Origin: Promethearchaeati archaeon | GTDB taxonomy: Archaea > Asgardarchaeota > Heimdallarchaeia > Heimdallarchaeales > Heimdallarchaeaceae | Length of the DNA: 50,674 bases | NCBI GenBank assembly: GCA_013166775.1 | Contig: JABLTJ010000037.1 | Coordinates: 1 to 50,674 of the forward strand | Direction: 5' to 3' | Part shown: one piece after another, positions 1 to 9,315 of the stretch | Layout of the letters: each line of letters begins with the position of its first letter | How positions within the stretch are numbered: position 1 is the stretch's first letter | Notes under the pieces: generated by a model | What the model was told of the DNA's origin: nothing | Database searches by the model: none | The model's input: the letters and a program-made list of their open reading frames with translations, nothing else | Position numbers and translations under genes: made by a program

Positions 1-211
1 GGGCGAAATGCGGCTGGGAAAGGGCTACGAGCATCCCCACGTCGTCGGCGGCCCTCAGGACCTCTGCGAAGCTCAGATGTTTCAGTAATACTCCATCTTT
101 AAATTTTATTATTTTAGCACCTCTTTCTTTGAATGTAAAAAGTTAGTCTAAGATAAAAAAGAAAATACTTAAGGCAAAAGATATTTATTCAGCTTTGAAA
201 TTCATAGTTAA

Positions 212-1114
212 GTGATAAATTTGAAAGGAATCATTTTAGCTGGTGGAGCAGGTACTAGGCTCTATCCAATAACAAAATCAATTTCTAAACAATTGTTACC
301 TATTTATGATAAACCAATGGTTTACTACCCTCTTTCTGTTCTAATGCTTTCTGGGATAAGAGAGATTCTTATCATCTCTACTCCTGAGGACCTTCCACTT
401 TATGAAAGACTTTTTGGAACGGGAGAACAAATCGGATTGTCTTTCTCTTATGCAGTGCAAGAACAACCTAAAGGGATTGCTGAAGCTTTCATTATTGGTG
501 AAGAATTCATTGGTGACGACTGTGTTGCTCTAATCTTAGGTGATAACATCTTCTATGGTCAAGGATTAACTGCTATTCTTCGCCAAGCAGCTTCCTTAGA
601 TGAAGGTGCGGTTATTTTTGGTTATTATGTCAAAGATCCTAGATCTTTTGGAGTTGTTGAGATCGATAGAGAAACTAAAACTGCGATTTCATTGGAAGAA
701 AAACCTAATAAACCAAAATCAAAGTTTGCGGTTCCAGGATTATATTATTATGACAATAAAGTTTCGGAAATAGCCAAAAATTTGAAACCTTCTGCTAGAG
801 GAGAATTAGAAATAACAGCGTTGAATAATGAATATCTCAAACTAGGTCAACTCAAAGTGGAATTGTTTGGAAGAGGTTTAGCCTGGTTTGATACAGGTAC
901 TCATGACAGATTACTTGAAGCAAGCAATTTTGTGGAAGCTATTCAAAAGAGACAGGGATTATTTATCTCCTGTATTGAAGAGATAGCATTTCGATTAGGA
1001 TTTATAGATGAAAAGCAACTAGAAGAGGTAGCTAAACCTTTAGTCAATACTGAATATGGTGAGTATTTGTTAAGTTTGCTTCAAAGTCCTGATGATTTCC
1101 TTTCGATAGAATAA
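212..1114 (+). CDS. rmlA: Glucose-1-phosphate thymidylyltransferase
   Basis: [49 protein letters not shown] and WFDTGTHD are hallmark RmlA motifs; first gene of the rml cluster. Confidence 0.97.
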   Translation: MINLKGIILAGGAGTRLYPITKSISKQLLPIYDKPMVYYPLSVLMLSGIREILIISTPEDLPLYERLFGTGEQIGLSFSYAVQEQPKGIAEAFIIGEEFIGDDCVALILGDNIFYGQGLTAILRQAASLDEGAVIFGYYVKDPRSFGVVEIDRETKTAISLEEKPNKPKSKFAVPGLYYYDNKVSEIAKNLKPSARGELEITALNNEYLKLGQLKVELFGRGLAWFDTGTHDRLLEASNFVEAIQKRQGLFISCIEEIAFRLGFIDEKQLEEVAKPLVNTEYGEYLLSLLQSPDDFLSIE

Positions 1115-1123
1115 AGTGATTTT

Positions 1124-1708
1124 ATGTCAAAATATCAAAAAGAAGAAACTCCAATCAAAGATTTATACATTATCAAACCAACTGTCTATGGTGATGATAG
1201 AGGATACTTCTTTGAAAGCTACACAAAAAAAGATTTTCACGAAATCGGTCTTGAAATGAGGTTTGTTCAGGATAACCAATCTAAATCCCAAAAAGGTGTT
1301 CTGAGAGGATTGCATTTTCAAAGTGAACATCCTCAAGGAAAATTAGTGAGAGTTGTAGAAGGTAAAGTATTTGATGTAGCTGTTGATTTACGAAGAGGTT
1401 CCCCAACATATGGTCAGTATTTCGGAGTTGAACTCTCTGCAAAAAATAAATTAATGTTTTATATCCCAGAAGGTTTTGCTCATGGGTTCCTTACGCTTTC
1501 AAATGAGGTTTTATTCCTTTATAAAACAACAGAGTATTATTACGCTGAATATGATATGGGAGTAATATGGAATGATGCTGATATTAATATTAATTGGCCT
1601 TTAGAAAAATATGGAATTGATAAACCAGTTCTATCTACAAGGGATGCCAGTCTTCCTAAATTAGCAGACGTGGACAGTCCTTTTTATTTCAACATTGTGG
1701 GTGGATAG
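1124..1708 (+). CDS. rmlC: dTDP-4-dehydrorhamnose 3,5-epimerase
   Basis: DDRGYFFESY, FVQDNQSKS, GVLRGLHFQ, DVAVDLRRGSPTYG, IPEGFAHGF. Confidence 0.97.
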   Translation: MSKYQKEETPIKDLYIIKPTVYGDDRGYFFESYTKKDFHEIGLEMRFVQDNQSKSQKGVLRGLHFQSEHPQGKLVRVVEGKVFDVAVDLRRGSPTYGQYFGVELSAKNKLMFYIPEGFAHGFLTLSNEVLFLYKTTEYYYAEYDMGVIWNDADININWPLEKYGIDKPVLSTRDASLPKLADVDSPFYFNIVGG

Positions 1709-2572
1709 ATGCGAATATTAATCACAGGAGCCAATGGCCAACTTGGTCAAGATTTCCAGAAATTATTCACTAAGAAAAATATCGAATTCTTTCCTACAGA
1801 TTTTGGTACCGATATAGAAGATTTAGATATAACGGATAGAGATGCTATATCGAAATACATTCAAGATAAGAAGATAGAGCTGATTGTTAATTGCGCAGCT
1901 TATAATGCAGTAGATAATGCGGAAACTGACAAGGAGATGGCTTTTAAGATAAATGGTGAGGCTGTTAAGAATCTTGCATTAGAAGCAAGTAAATCTATGA
2001 TTGATTTGGTACATTATTCAACTGATTTTGTTTTTGATGGAAAAAAAGGTTCTTCTTACACAACTGATGATCTTCCTAGTCCTTTATCTCAATATGGTAA
2101 AAGTAAATTACAGGGAGAACATCATGTAATTAATCTACATACTAAATACTTTCTAATTAGAACTAGTTGGGTTTTTGGTCTAGGGAATGTGAACTTCGTT
2201 AAAAAAGTTATAAATTGGAGTAAGGGTAGGACTGAATTAAGCATTGTTACTGATCAAATTTCTTCTCCAAGTTATACAGTTGACCTAGCTACTGCAACTT
2301 TAGAATTAATCAAAGCAAAAGCTTATGGTTTCTACCATATGACAAATTCTGGAGTATGTTCTAGATATGAATGGGCTAAATATATTCTAGAGCAAATCAG
2401 ATGGAAAGGAGAGCTCAAAGAAGCTAAATCATCAGATTTTCAAACTGCAGCTCAAAGACCAGAATATTCAGCTCTTGATAATTCAAGCTTGAAAGAGATA
2501 ATAGGATATGATTTACCTAACTGGAAGGATGCAACAAAAAGATTTCTACAAGAGCTAGGATATTCCACATAG
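1709..2572 (+). CDS. rmlD: dTDP-4-dehydrorhamnose reductase
   Basis: ITGANGQLG, NCAAYNAVD, YSTDFVFDG, YGKSK (YxxxK), RPEYSALD; ATG directly abuts the rmlC stop. Confidence 0.96.
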   Translation: MRILITGANGQLGQDFQKLFTKKNIEFFPTDFGTDIEDLDITDRDAISKYIQDKKIELIVNCAAYNAVDNAETDKEMAFKINGEAVKNLALEASKSMIDLVHYSTDFVFDGKKGSSYTTDDLPSPLSQYGKSKLQGEHHVINLHTKYFLIRTSWVFGLGNVNFVKKVINWSKGRTELSIVTDQISSPSYTVDLATATLELIKAKAYGFYHMTNSGVCSRYEWAKYILEQIRWKGELKEAKSSDFQTAAQRPEYSALDNSSLKEIIGYDLPNWKDATKRFLQELGYST

Positions 2573-2637
2573 ATCAGAGATTAACTAACCGAATATTTTT
2601 TATGGTGTTATAAGAATTTTAATCGGTAAAGATCAAA

Positions 2638-3597
2638 ATGAATTGGATAGTAACTGGTGGTTGTGGATTTATAGGTTCAAACTTTATTCATTATGCATTT
2701 CAAAAATACGAAGATGTTGAAATAACTAATATAGATAAGCTAACTTATGCAGGAAATCCTGAAAATCTTCGAAATCTAGAAAATAATCCTCACTACAAAT
2801 TTTTTAAGGGAGATATTGCAGATTATTCACTTTTATCAGATATTTTCAATAAGGATATAGATTTAGTAATCAATTTTGCCGCGGAAACGCATGTAGATCG
2901 TTCTATAGAAGGAGGAGATGAATTCATTAACACTAACATTCTAGGAACTCATGCTTTATTGAAATTTTGCCTTAAATATGATATCCGATTTGTCCAGATT
3001 TCAACAGATGAGGTTTATGGTAGTAGTAAAGAAGGATATTTCACTGAAAATGATATTCTGGAACCTTCAAGCCTTTATTCTTCTTCAAAAGCAGGTGCTG
3101 ATTTATTAGTCAAGTCATATGATGTTACATATGGGCTTAGTGTTAATATTACCCGCAGTTCGAATAATTTTGGTCCATATCAGTATCCAGAGAAGCTCAT
3201 TCCACTTTTTATTACTAATTTGATGAGAAAGAAGAAAGTTCCAGTGTATGGAACTGGTCAGAATATTCGTGAATGGATTTATGTTGAAGACAATTGTTCC
3301 AGCATAGATACTGTTATCCAGAAAGGTAAGAAAGGAGAGATATATAATTTAGGAAGTGGAGTAGAAAAAACTAATCTTGAGATTACTAACCTAATTCTTT
3401 CAAAACTAGGTTATGGGAAAGAAATGATCGATTTTGTTCCAGATAGACTTGGACATGATTTTCGCTATGCTCTTGATACCACTAAAATTAGGAATTTAGG
3501 ATGGCGACCAGAATTTAGTTTTGAAGAAGCATTTGATTTGACTATTGATTGGTACAAAAAGAATCAATTATGGTGGGAACCTCTTCTAGTAACTTAA
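2638..3597 (+). CDS. rmlB: dTDP-glucose 4,6-dehydratase
   Basis: VTGGCGFIGSNF, DKLTYAGN, FAAETHVDRSI, ISTDEVYG, YSSSK, PEKLIP, DRLGHDFRYA. Confidence 0.96.
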   Translation: MNWIVTGGCGFIGSNFIHYAFQKYEDVEITNIDKLTYAGNPENLRNLENNPHYKFFKGDIADYSLLSDIFNKDIDLVINFAAETHVDRSIEGGDEFINTNILGTHALLKFCLKYDIRFVQISTDEVYGSSKEGYFTENDILEPSSLYSSSKAGADLLVKSYDVTYGLSVNITRSSNNFGPYQYPEKLIPLFITNLMRKKKVPVYGTGQNIREWIYVEDNCSSIDTVIQKGKKGEIYNLGSGVEKTNLEITNLILSKLGYGKEMIDFVPDRLGHDFRYALDTTKIRNLGWRPEFSFEEAFDLTIDWYKKNQLWWEPLLVT

Positions 3598-3614
3598 TAT
3601 GTTGATGATCTAAA

Positions 3615-4778
3615 ATGAAAATATCGATTCTAACTCCAGATTTATCTCATAATTGTTTGGGAAGAGCATGGGTTTTAGCAAAGATTTTAGAGAAGAAGTA
3701 TAAAGTAGAGATTCTAGGACCCATTTATGGAGATGGAATTTGGAAACCGTTCGAAAATATGGAAGATATTCCTCTTATAGAATTACCAATACCCAAATTA
3801 AAAAATCGCTCAAAATTCAAATCTGCAATTAGACAAAAAATTAATGGAGATCTTATCTATGCGAGTAAACCTCTTTATTCCAGTTTTGGTGTTGGATTGA
3901 TAGCAAAAAAATTGCATAAAACTCCTCTAATTCTGGATATCGATGATTGGCAAATGGGATTCACGAAAGCTTATACAAAAAAATTCAATCTATTTCAATA
4001 TCTTAAATTCCTTTCTTCCTCTTTGTTTTCATTATTTCATCCATCAAATTACTACAATAATTTATACTATGAAAAACGTTCATCACGAGCAGATGCGATA
4101 ACAGTTTCCAATCATTTCTTACAAGAAAAATTTGGAGGAATCATCATTCCTCATTGTAGAGATCCTGAGGTATTAAATCCAATTAATCATTCTGGAGAAA
4201 AAATTCGAAAGAAATACAAACTACAGAATAAAAAAGTTGTTTCTTTCATCGGTACACCTACCAAGTATAAGGGAGTAGATGACATAATTGAAGCCTTGTC
4301 TCTAATTAAGAATAACGATCTTATTTTTCTATTAGTCGGTCTCAAAGATGTACTTTATCACAACTATCTCAGGAAGCTTGGTAAAGAAAAATTAGGTAGA
4401 AGATTTGTCCCTATACCAATGCAACCATTCTCGCTCCTACCAGAGCTACTCGCAGCAAGTGATATTACTGCTATTCCTCAAAAAGAAACAATAGAAACAA
4501 TCGGTCAATTACCTGCTAAAGTTTTTGATGCGATGGCTATGGAAAAACCAATTGTCGCAACAAATGTAAATGATTTACCAATCATTTTAGAAGGAGTAGG
4601 ATGGATTGTTCAACCAGGTAATATAAAAGAATTAGAAGAAGCTTTTCTTGATATTCTTAACTCACCAAAGAAAGCAAGAGAATATGGAAAAAAGGCAAGA
4701 GAGAGATGTATTAACAAATACAGCTTTGCTGCACAAGAAAATAAATTAGTGACACTTATTGAGCAACTGCTTCATTAA
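3615..4778 (+). CDS. Glycosyltransferase family 4 (GT-B)
   Basis: FIGTPTKYKGVD and LPAKVFDAMAMEKPIVATNV donor-binding region; 17 bp after rmlB. Confidence 0.88.
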   Translation: MKISILTPDLSHNCLGRAWVLAKILEKKYKVEILGPIYGDGIWKPFENMEDIPLIELPIPKLKNRSKFKSAIRQKINGDLIYASKPLYSSFGVGLIAKKLHKTPLILDIDDWQMGFTKAYTKKFNLFQYLKFLSSSLFSLFHPSNYYNNLYYEKRSSRADAITVSNHFLQEKFGGIIIPHCRDPEVLNPINHSGEKIRKKYKLQNKKVVSFIGTPTKYKGVDDIIEALSLIKNNDLIFLLVGLKDVLYHNYLRKLGKEKLGRRFVPIPMQPFSLLPELLAASDITAIPQKETIETIGQLPAKVFDAMAMEKPIVATNVNDLPIILEGVGWIVQPGNIKELEEAFLDILNSPKKAREYGKKARERCINKYSFAAQENKLVTLIEQLLH

Positions 4779-4804
4779 TCAAATGTACTTAATCTGTCTT
4801 TAAC

Positions 4805-4993
4805 TTACTCTTCAAAATCTAACAATAAAGTATCTTTTTTGTATGTAAAACTTCTACTCTTATCAATTGTTCTTATATTTTCCTTAATTCATTTCTCCGA
4901 AAATTTGAGTCCACAGAAAGATACTAGTTCTAAATCTATGCATTCCGATGAAGTTTTTAACTGTAAACCTGTTTTTGAGTTCACATTAACCAT
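4805..4993 (-). pseudogene. Cryptic 62-codon frame with an internal TGA, possible sulfotransferase C-terminal remnant
   Basis: Manual translation MVNVNSKTGLQLKTSSECIDLELVSFCGLKFSEK*IKENIRTIDKSRSFTYKKDTLLLDFEE*; ATG lies 10 bp after the stop of 5004..6260; TGA at 4889-4891. Confidence 0.3.
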
Positions 4994-5003
4994 GTTCTTC
5001 TAG

Positions 5004-6260
5004 CTATTCCCTCAATTCAATAAGATGTTTAGCAAATTCTTTAGCTAAATTCCTTCTTTCATACTTTTGTAATTTATCTATATTACAACCATACTTTAAC
5101 TCATTTTTCTTCCATAATTCGTACAAACTTGAGAACTTCCTTCCAATTTCTTTACTGATAGGGTTAACAACATCATAGATTTGGTCAACATCATCACAGA
5201 TTTTTGTAGCTTCTCCTTTATATCCAACAATTAAAACGTGAGAATCAGAATTTAAGTAGTCGTACAATTTTGTAGCTATTGCATACTTGTGTTTTTGGGG
5301 AACCATCAAAACGAGTAAATGAGAATTTTGTAAAAATTCAAAATATTCGTCTCCCTTTAGATATACTAAATCATTGAAATATTCAGAAACCTCTGCTTGT
5401 TGAACTGCACGATTTATTATTTTTCTTGAAGTACTTCCTGCATATCGGAATTCAACTTGATCTGGTTTAAGCTTCATTGTTTCCACAAATTCTTTCAATC
5501 CAGACATCATCTCATTGAAAGTATCTTTATAGAAAAGATAAAAACTTCCTACTAATGTGATAACAAATTTTTTATCTTCTTTTGAGAATGATTCAGCAGA
5601 TAATTTTTCTGCAAAAAAACCATTATTGATTATTTTGAATTCGTTTGGATTTATACTCGTAATTTCTGATATTAATTTCGAATATTCTTCTCCAACAGTT
5701 ACAACTAATGAAGCTCTTTGAGCGATTTGTTTCTCTTTCTTCTTGTATTTTTTTTGTACGAATTTAAATGGAAATTCAATAGTTGGGTTGCCATTCCATG
5801 GATCTCTATAATCAAGAATTAGAGGAATATCAAATTTTGTTGATAATTTTTCTGCAATAAGAAATGAAGAAAATGGAGGAGCTGTAACTACAATATAATC
5901 TGGGTTTTGTTCGTTTATTGCTTTACTACCCATTTTAATTGCAGACTTTATCCACCCAAAATATACATCCGGGAAGAAGAAGATTTTATCTAACTTAAAC
6001 ATCTCAAGAAGAGCTAATATTTTTGTTTTATATCCCCATTCTCGAAGTTTTGTTTTCTTTCCATAGTAAATCTCATCTAGACCATATTCTTTCTGAAGAT
6101 TCTTGTTATCTTTTAGTTCTGATTCGCTTGTCAAAACCACAACTTCTATGCCTTCCTCTGGGAAATATTTAGCAAAACTATATGCTCTTAAACCTCCTAC
6201 ACTAGTGCTTGGAGGGAAAAAATAAGATATAAGTAGAATCTTCATTACAATCATCCTCAT
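5004..6260 (-). CDS. Glycosyltransferase, GT4-like (GT-B)
   Basis: KILLISYFFPP..GGLR, VTAPPFSSF, LILDYRDPW and ATKLYDYL are typical of surface-glycan GT4-like enzymes. Confidence 0.85.
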   Translation of the reverse strand: MRMIVMKILLISYFFPPSTSVGGLRAYSFAKYFPEEGIEVVVLTSESELKDNKNLQKEYGLDEIYYGKKTKLREWGYKTKILALLEMFKLDKIFFFPDVYFGWIKSAIKMGSKAINEQNPDYIVVTAPPFSSFLIAEKLSTKFDIPLILDYRDPWNGNPTIEFPFKFVQKKYKKKEKQIAQRASLVVTVGEEYSKLISEITSINPNEFKIINNGFFAEKLSAESFSKEDKKFVITLVGSFYLFYKDTFNEMMSGLKEFVETMKLKPDQVEFRYAGSTSRKIINRAVQQAEVSEYFNDLVYLKGDEYFEFLQNSHLLVLMVPQKHKYAIATKLYDYLNSDSHVLIVGYKGEATKICDDVDQIYDVVNPISKEIGRKFSSLYELWKKNELKYGCNIDKLQKYERRNLAKEFAKHLIELRE

Positions 6261-6265
6261 TTCTT

Positions 6266-7243
6266 TTATCTCAATATCTTAAAGACATTTTTGGATACTG
6301 GTATAGCATCTTCAGAATAAATATCATCTAAACCAAAAAGTGATAGCATTTCAATTGCTTTCTTTACTTGCTCAGTCTCATAGTTTTTTTTCCATTTTTC
6401 AATCAGATTTTCTCCTGTGAGAATTGCGCTTTCAGCTCTTACTTCTGGAGATGGAATATGAAGCATATTCATAATCTTACTATTGAATTCTACTCCGAGA
6501 AAATCAAATAAAGTTCCTATTGTCTCTTCAGGTCTTGCACAGAAATCCTCGTAAAAAGACACATGTACTTCATCTTTCTTAAATTGCTTTAGGGGAACAT
6601 AATTTTCGATACACCAAGAGAATATTTGTTTCTCAAATCCTGATTGAGCATTTTTTATTTCTCTCATAAATGGTTCCAAATAATCTTCTATCAAGTCCTC
6701 TTGACTTAAAAAGAATTTGAGAGTTGGTCCCCAATCAAGTTTTAATCTTGAATTGACTACTGCCATTGGATGTCTCAGTAGTAAGACTATTTTCATCTCT
6801 GGAAAATTACTTTTCAGCCATTTAAGAAGCAAATTAGCTCTTATATCTTTAATTAATCTATCTCCGCAAATTAGCTTTCTATTGAATCTATCTATCCACT
6901 TATCTCTTATTCGACCCGATAGTATTATTTCTGCTGGTTCTAGAAACTCCCTTTTGGAATTATCTGACCTCAGATATTGTCTATAGTTGAAATCTTTACA
7001 GATATCTACATAATTTGAATGGAAGGGCTCAAACATGTAACGATATTTATTCTTATAATTAATTATGTTCGAAACCCAAGTTGATCCACTTCTACCTGAG
7101 CTTGCAAGAAATATAGTTTTTTTATAATCATGATTAATATTGAAATAAAGTTTACGATGAATTTTGATTTTTATTGAATCTACTAAAGTCCCATCCTTGG
7201 TTTTTCGGTTTATTTTTCGAATAAAATCACTCAACAAATTCAC
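6266..7243 (-). CDS. PAPS-dependent sulfotransferase
   Basis: 5'-PSB loop SSGRSGSTW, FEPF, LIKD, 3'-PB motif LLRHPMAVVNS, YEDF..PEE....LFDFLG. Confidence 0.85.
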   Translation of the reverse strand: MNLLSDFIRKINRKTKDGTLVDSIKIKIHRKLYFNINHDYKKTIFLASSGRSGSTWVSNIINYKNKYRYMFEPFHSNYVDICKDFNYRQYLRSDNSKREFLEPAEIILSGRIRDKWIDRFNRKLICGDRLIKDIRANLLLKWLKSNFPEMKIVLLLRHPMAVVNSRLKLDWGPTLKFFLSQEDLIEDYLEPFMREIKNAQSGFEKQIFSWCIENYVPLKQFKKDEVHVSFYEDFCARPEETIGTLFDFLGVEFNSKIMNMLHIPSPEVRAESAILTGENLIEKWKKNYETEQVKKAIEMLSLFGLDDIYSEDAIPVSKNVFKILR

Positions 7244-7246
7244 CTC

Positions 7247-8182
7247 TTAGTCAGTAAAACCCCAATCAACCCACACTGAAAGTACTTTATCAGTAACGTT
7301 TCTTGGGGAATGGTATCTTAGAACTGCATCTCTATCCACTTTTTTCTTGCTTTTTAGAATTGAAAGAAGATTGGATTTCAATTCATCTATTTCTGGATCT
7401 AAGTATCCTACAAATGATTTCATCACTTCAAAATCAATATTCTCATCGTAATAGGAAGCTGCAGGTACTTCGCAGAATAAAGATTCAATCGTAATTACAT
7501 TGTATGTAGAACCCATTTTTGGATTTATATGATCCACGACTAAATCACAGAAATTCATCATCTCAGGCATTTTTTCTCTTGGATAAGTTTGATTGATTAA
7601 GTGGATATTATACTCGTTTTCCTCATTAATTGATTCAATCGCTTCTTCCAAAAAATGAGATCCTTTTACTTCAGGCGAAGGAGCAAAATGTCCAATAATA
7701 AAATCATAACCTTTCTCATTTTTGAATATCTCCTTATTTTCTTTCACTTCTATATTTTGAGTGAAAAAAATAGGATCAGCACATCTGGGAAGAAATATAG
7801 ATTTATCACTAATTTTTAGAAGTTCTCTCAAAGAGACAAAGGACGGATACTTAGGTTTTACAACACCTAATCTAATTTCAGAACCATGAAAATGATATGA
7901 TGTGTATTTTGATCTTGTACATTTTGGATAAGTGCCATTGATTTGTTGAATATCAAACTTTTTGAAAAGTTTACCAAAAATCATCCAGAAGCTAGTTAGA
8001 AAATAATTCTTCAAAAGAGGTCCTTGAACACCCCCCAATTTATGATAATTTAATGGCATTCTGGAATAGATATTGGATTGAAGGAAATACGTTATATCAA
8101 AATTACATTCTTCAAGCTCTTTCCCTATTAGAAAATTCTGGCTAGCATAGTCTCCAATTATCGCAATCCTCATATTTCTCAC
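7247..8182 (-). CDS. Putative glycosyltransferase (GT-B-like)
   Basis: HFHGSEIR, IGHFAPSPEVKGS, CDLVVDH and YNVITIESL..EVP resemble the GT-B C-terminal domain; glycan-cluster context. Confidence 0.65.
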   Translation of the reverse strand: MRNMRIAIIGDYASQNFLIGKELEECNFDITYFLQSNIYSRMPLNYHKLGGVQGPLLKNYFLTSFWMIFGKLFKKFDIQQINGTYPKCTRSKYTSYHFHGSEIRLGVVKPKYPSFVSLRELLKISDKSIFLPRCADPIFFTQNIEVKENKEIFKNEKGYDFIIGHFAPSPEVKGSHFLEEAIESINEENEYNIHLINQTYPREKMPEMMNFCDLVVDHINPKMGSTYNVITIESLFCEVPAASYYDENIDFEVMKSFVGYLDPEIDELKSNLLSILKSKKKVDRDAVLRYHSPRNVTDKVLSVWVDWGFTD

Positions 8183-8511
8183 AATTATGACCCATTCATT
8201 TTTAATCAGAATCTTTATTACAATCGATAGAATACAAAGAAGGTTTTAATATTTATCTATCAAAATCATACAATTGTTATATCCAATCATGAATGATATT
8301 ATCGGCAGTATAATTTGCTTAAAAGCTTTCTAAAAAAGAAGAATCCAATTTTCTTTACTTTCACTTCTTTGAGAAAAGATTTGTGAAAAAGATATTTTTA
8401 CTATAGATAAAATGCGAAAAAGGTTTATCATTCGTTTGTTAAAAATCTTTCCCGAATCTTGCATAGACTGAAGAAATTTCAAAAAAATACTTATAATTTG
8501 AATTCAATTGT

Positions 8512-9315
8512 ATGATAATGGAAATTGAACCCAAGAAATTCATCGATGCTAAATACTTCTCCCTTCCTTTCAAGGAATTAGTTGAAAAATATCCTGATTT
8601 GAATGCTTTTCTTATCTCTACTAATCCTCACAAATTTAATTTAGGTAACTCTTTTGTTCTCTCGAGAATAAATACTGTTCTTTTCAAAGAAGTTTTAGAT
8701 CTGGAAATTAGAGTACCTGAAGATTACTTGATTCCTTCTACAGGAGTTCGTTATGCTTTTTGTGATTATGTAGTTTCACAACTAAAATCTAACAAAACGA
8801 TTCTAGAGATTGGAACTGGGGCTTCTGCTTCAATGTCACTTATTTTAGCGAAGAAATATAATAAAAATGTTATTGCGACTGAAATAAATCCATTAGCTCT
8901 GGATTTTGCAAAGATAAACGCTGAAATGAATGATTTGGATGAACAGATTAAATTTAAATTGTCAAATGGTGAAATTATTTCAGAATTAATCCCGCAAGGA
9001 AAATATTCCGCTTTAATTTGCAATCCACCAGTTTATGAAGATGACATAACTCGATTAGCTAAGAAAAAGGGATGGAGAGGAGTAAAGGATGAGTTAATGG
9101 GAGGAGGGAAAGATGGTTTGGAATTTACAAAACAACTAATCCACGAATCATTTGAAACTGAAGGAGTAGAGATTGATTTCATTGCGCTTTTGATGTTTAA
9201 TAAAACTCAGATAAATGCTATCTTATCTCAATTTCCAAAAGATAAACGATTTCGTTTAGTTCAAATCAACGCTGGCACAAGAAAGAGATTTATTCTGTTG
9301 ATTGATAGATTATAA
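8512..9315 (+). CDS. RlmF-related RNA adenine-N6 methyltransferase
   Basis: YLIPSTGVR (cf. RlmF LCPPIPGR), LEIGTGASA motif I, ICNPPVY motif IV, ELMGGG. Confidence 0.72.
   Translation: MIMEIEPKKFIDAKYFSLPFKELVEKYPDLNAFLISTNPHKFNLGNSFVLSRINTVLFKEVLDLEIRVPEDYLIPSTGVRYAFCDYVVSQLKSNKTILEIGTGASASMSLILAKKYNKNVIATEINPLALDFAKINAEMNDLDEQIKFKLSNGEIISELIPQGKYSALICNPPVYEDDITRLAKKKGWRGVKDELMGGGKDGLEFTKQLIHESFETEGVEIDFIALLMFNKTQINAILSQFPKDKRFRLVQINAGTRKRFILLIDRL

Noticed and set aside
1-80. Possible tRNA, SRP RNA or RNase P RNA in the GC-rich start
   Set aside because: No cloverleaf or T-loop GTTCRA, no SRP helix-8 motif and no RNase P GAGGAAAGTCC on either strand
4889-4891. Selenocysteine recoding of the in-frame TGA
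   Set aside because: No redox motif context or recognisable selenoprotein family and no evident SECIS-like hairpin; a Trp-to-stop mutation or chance is simpler
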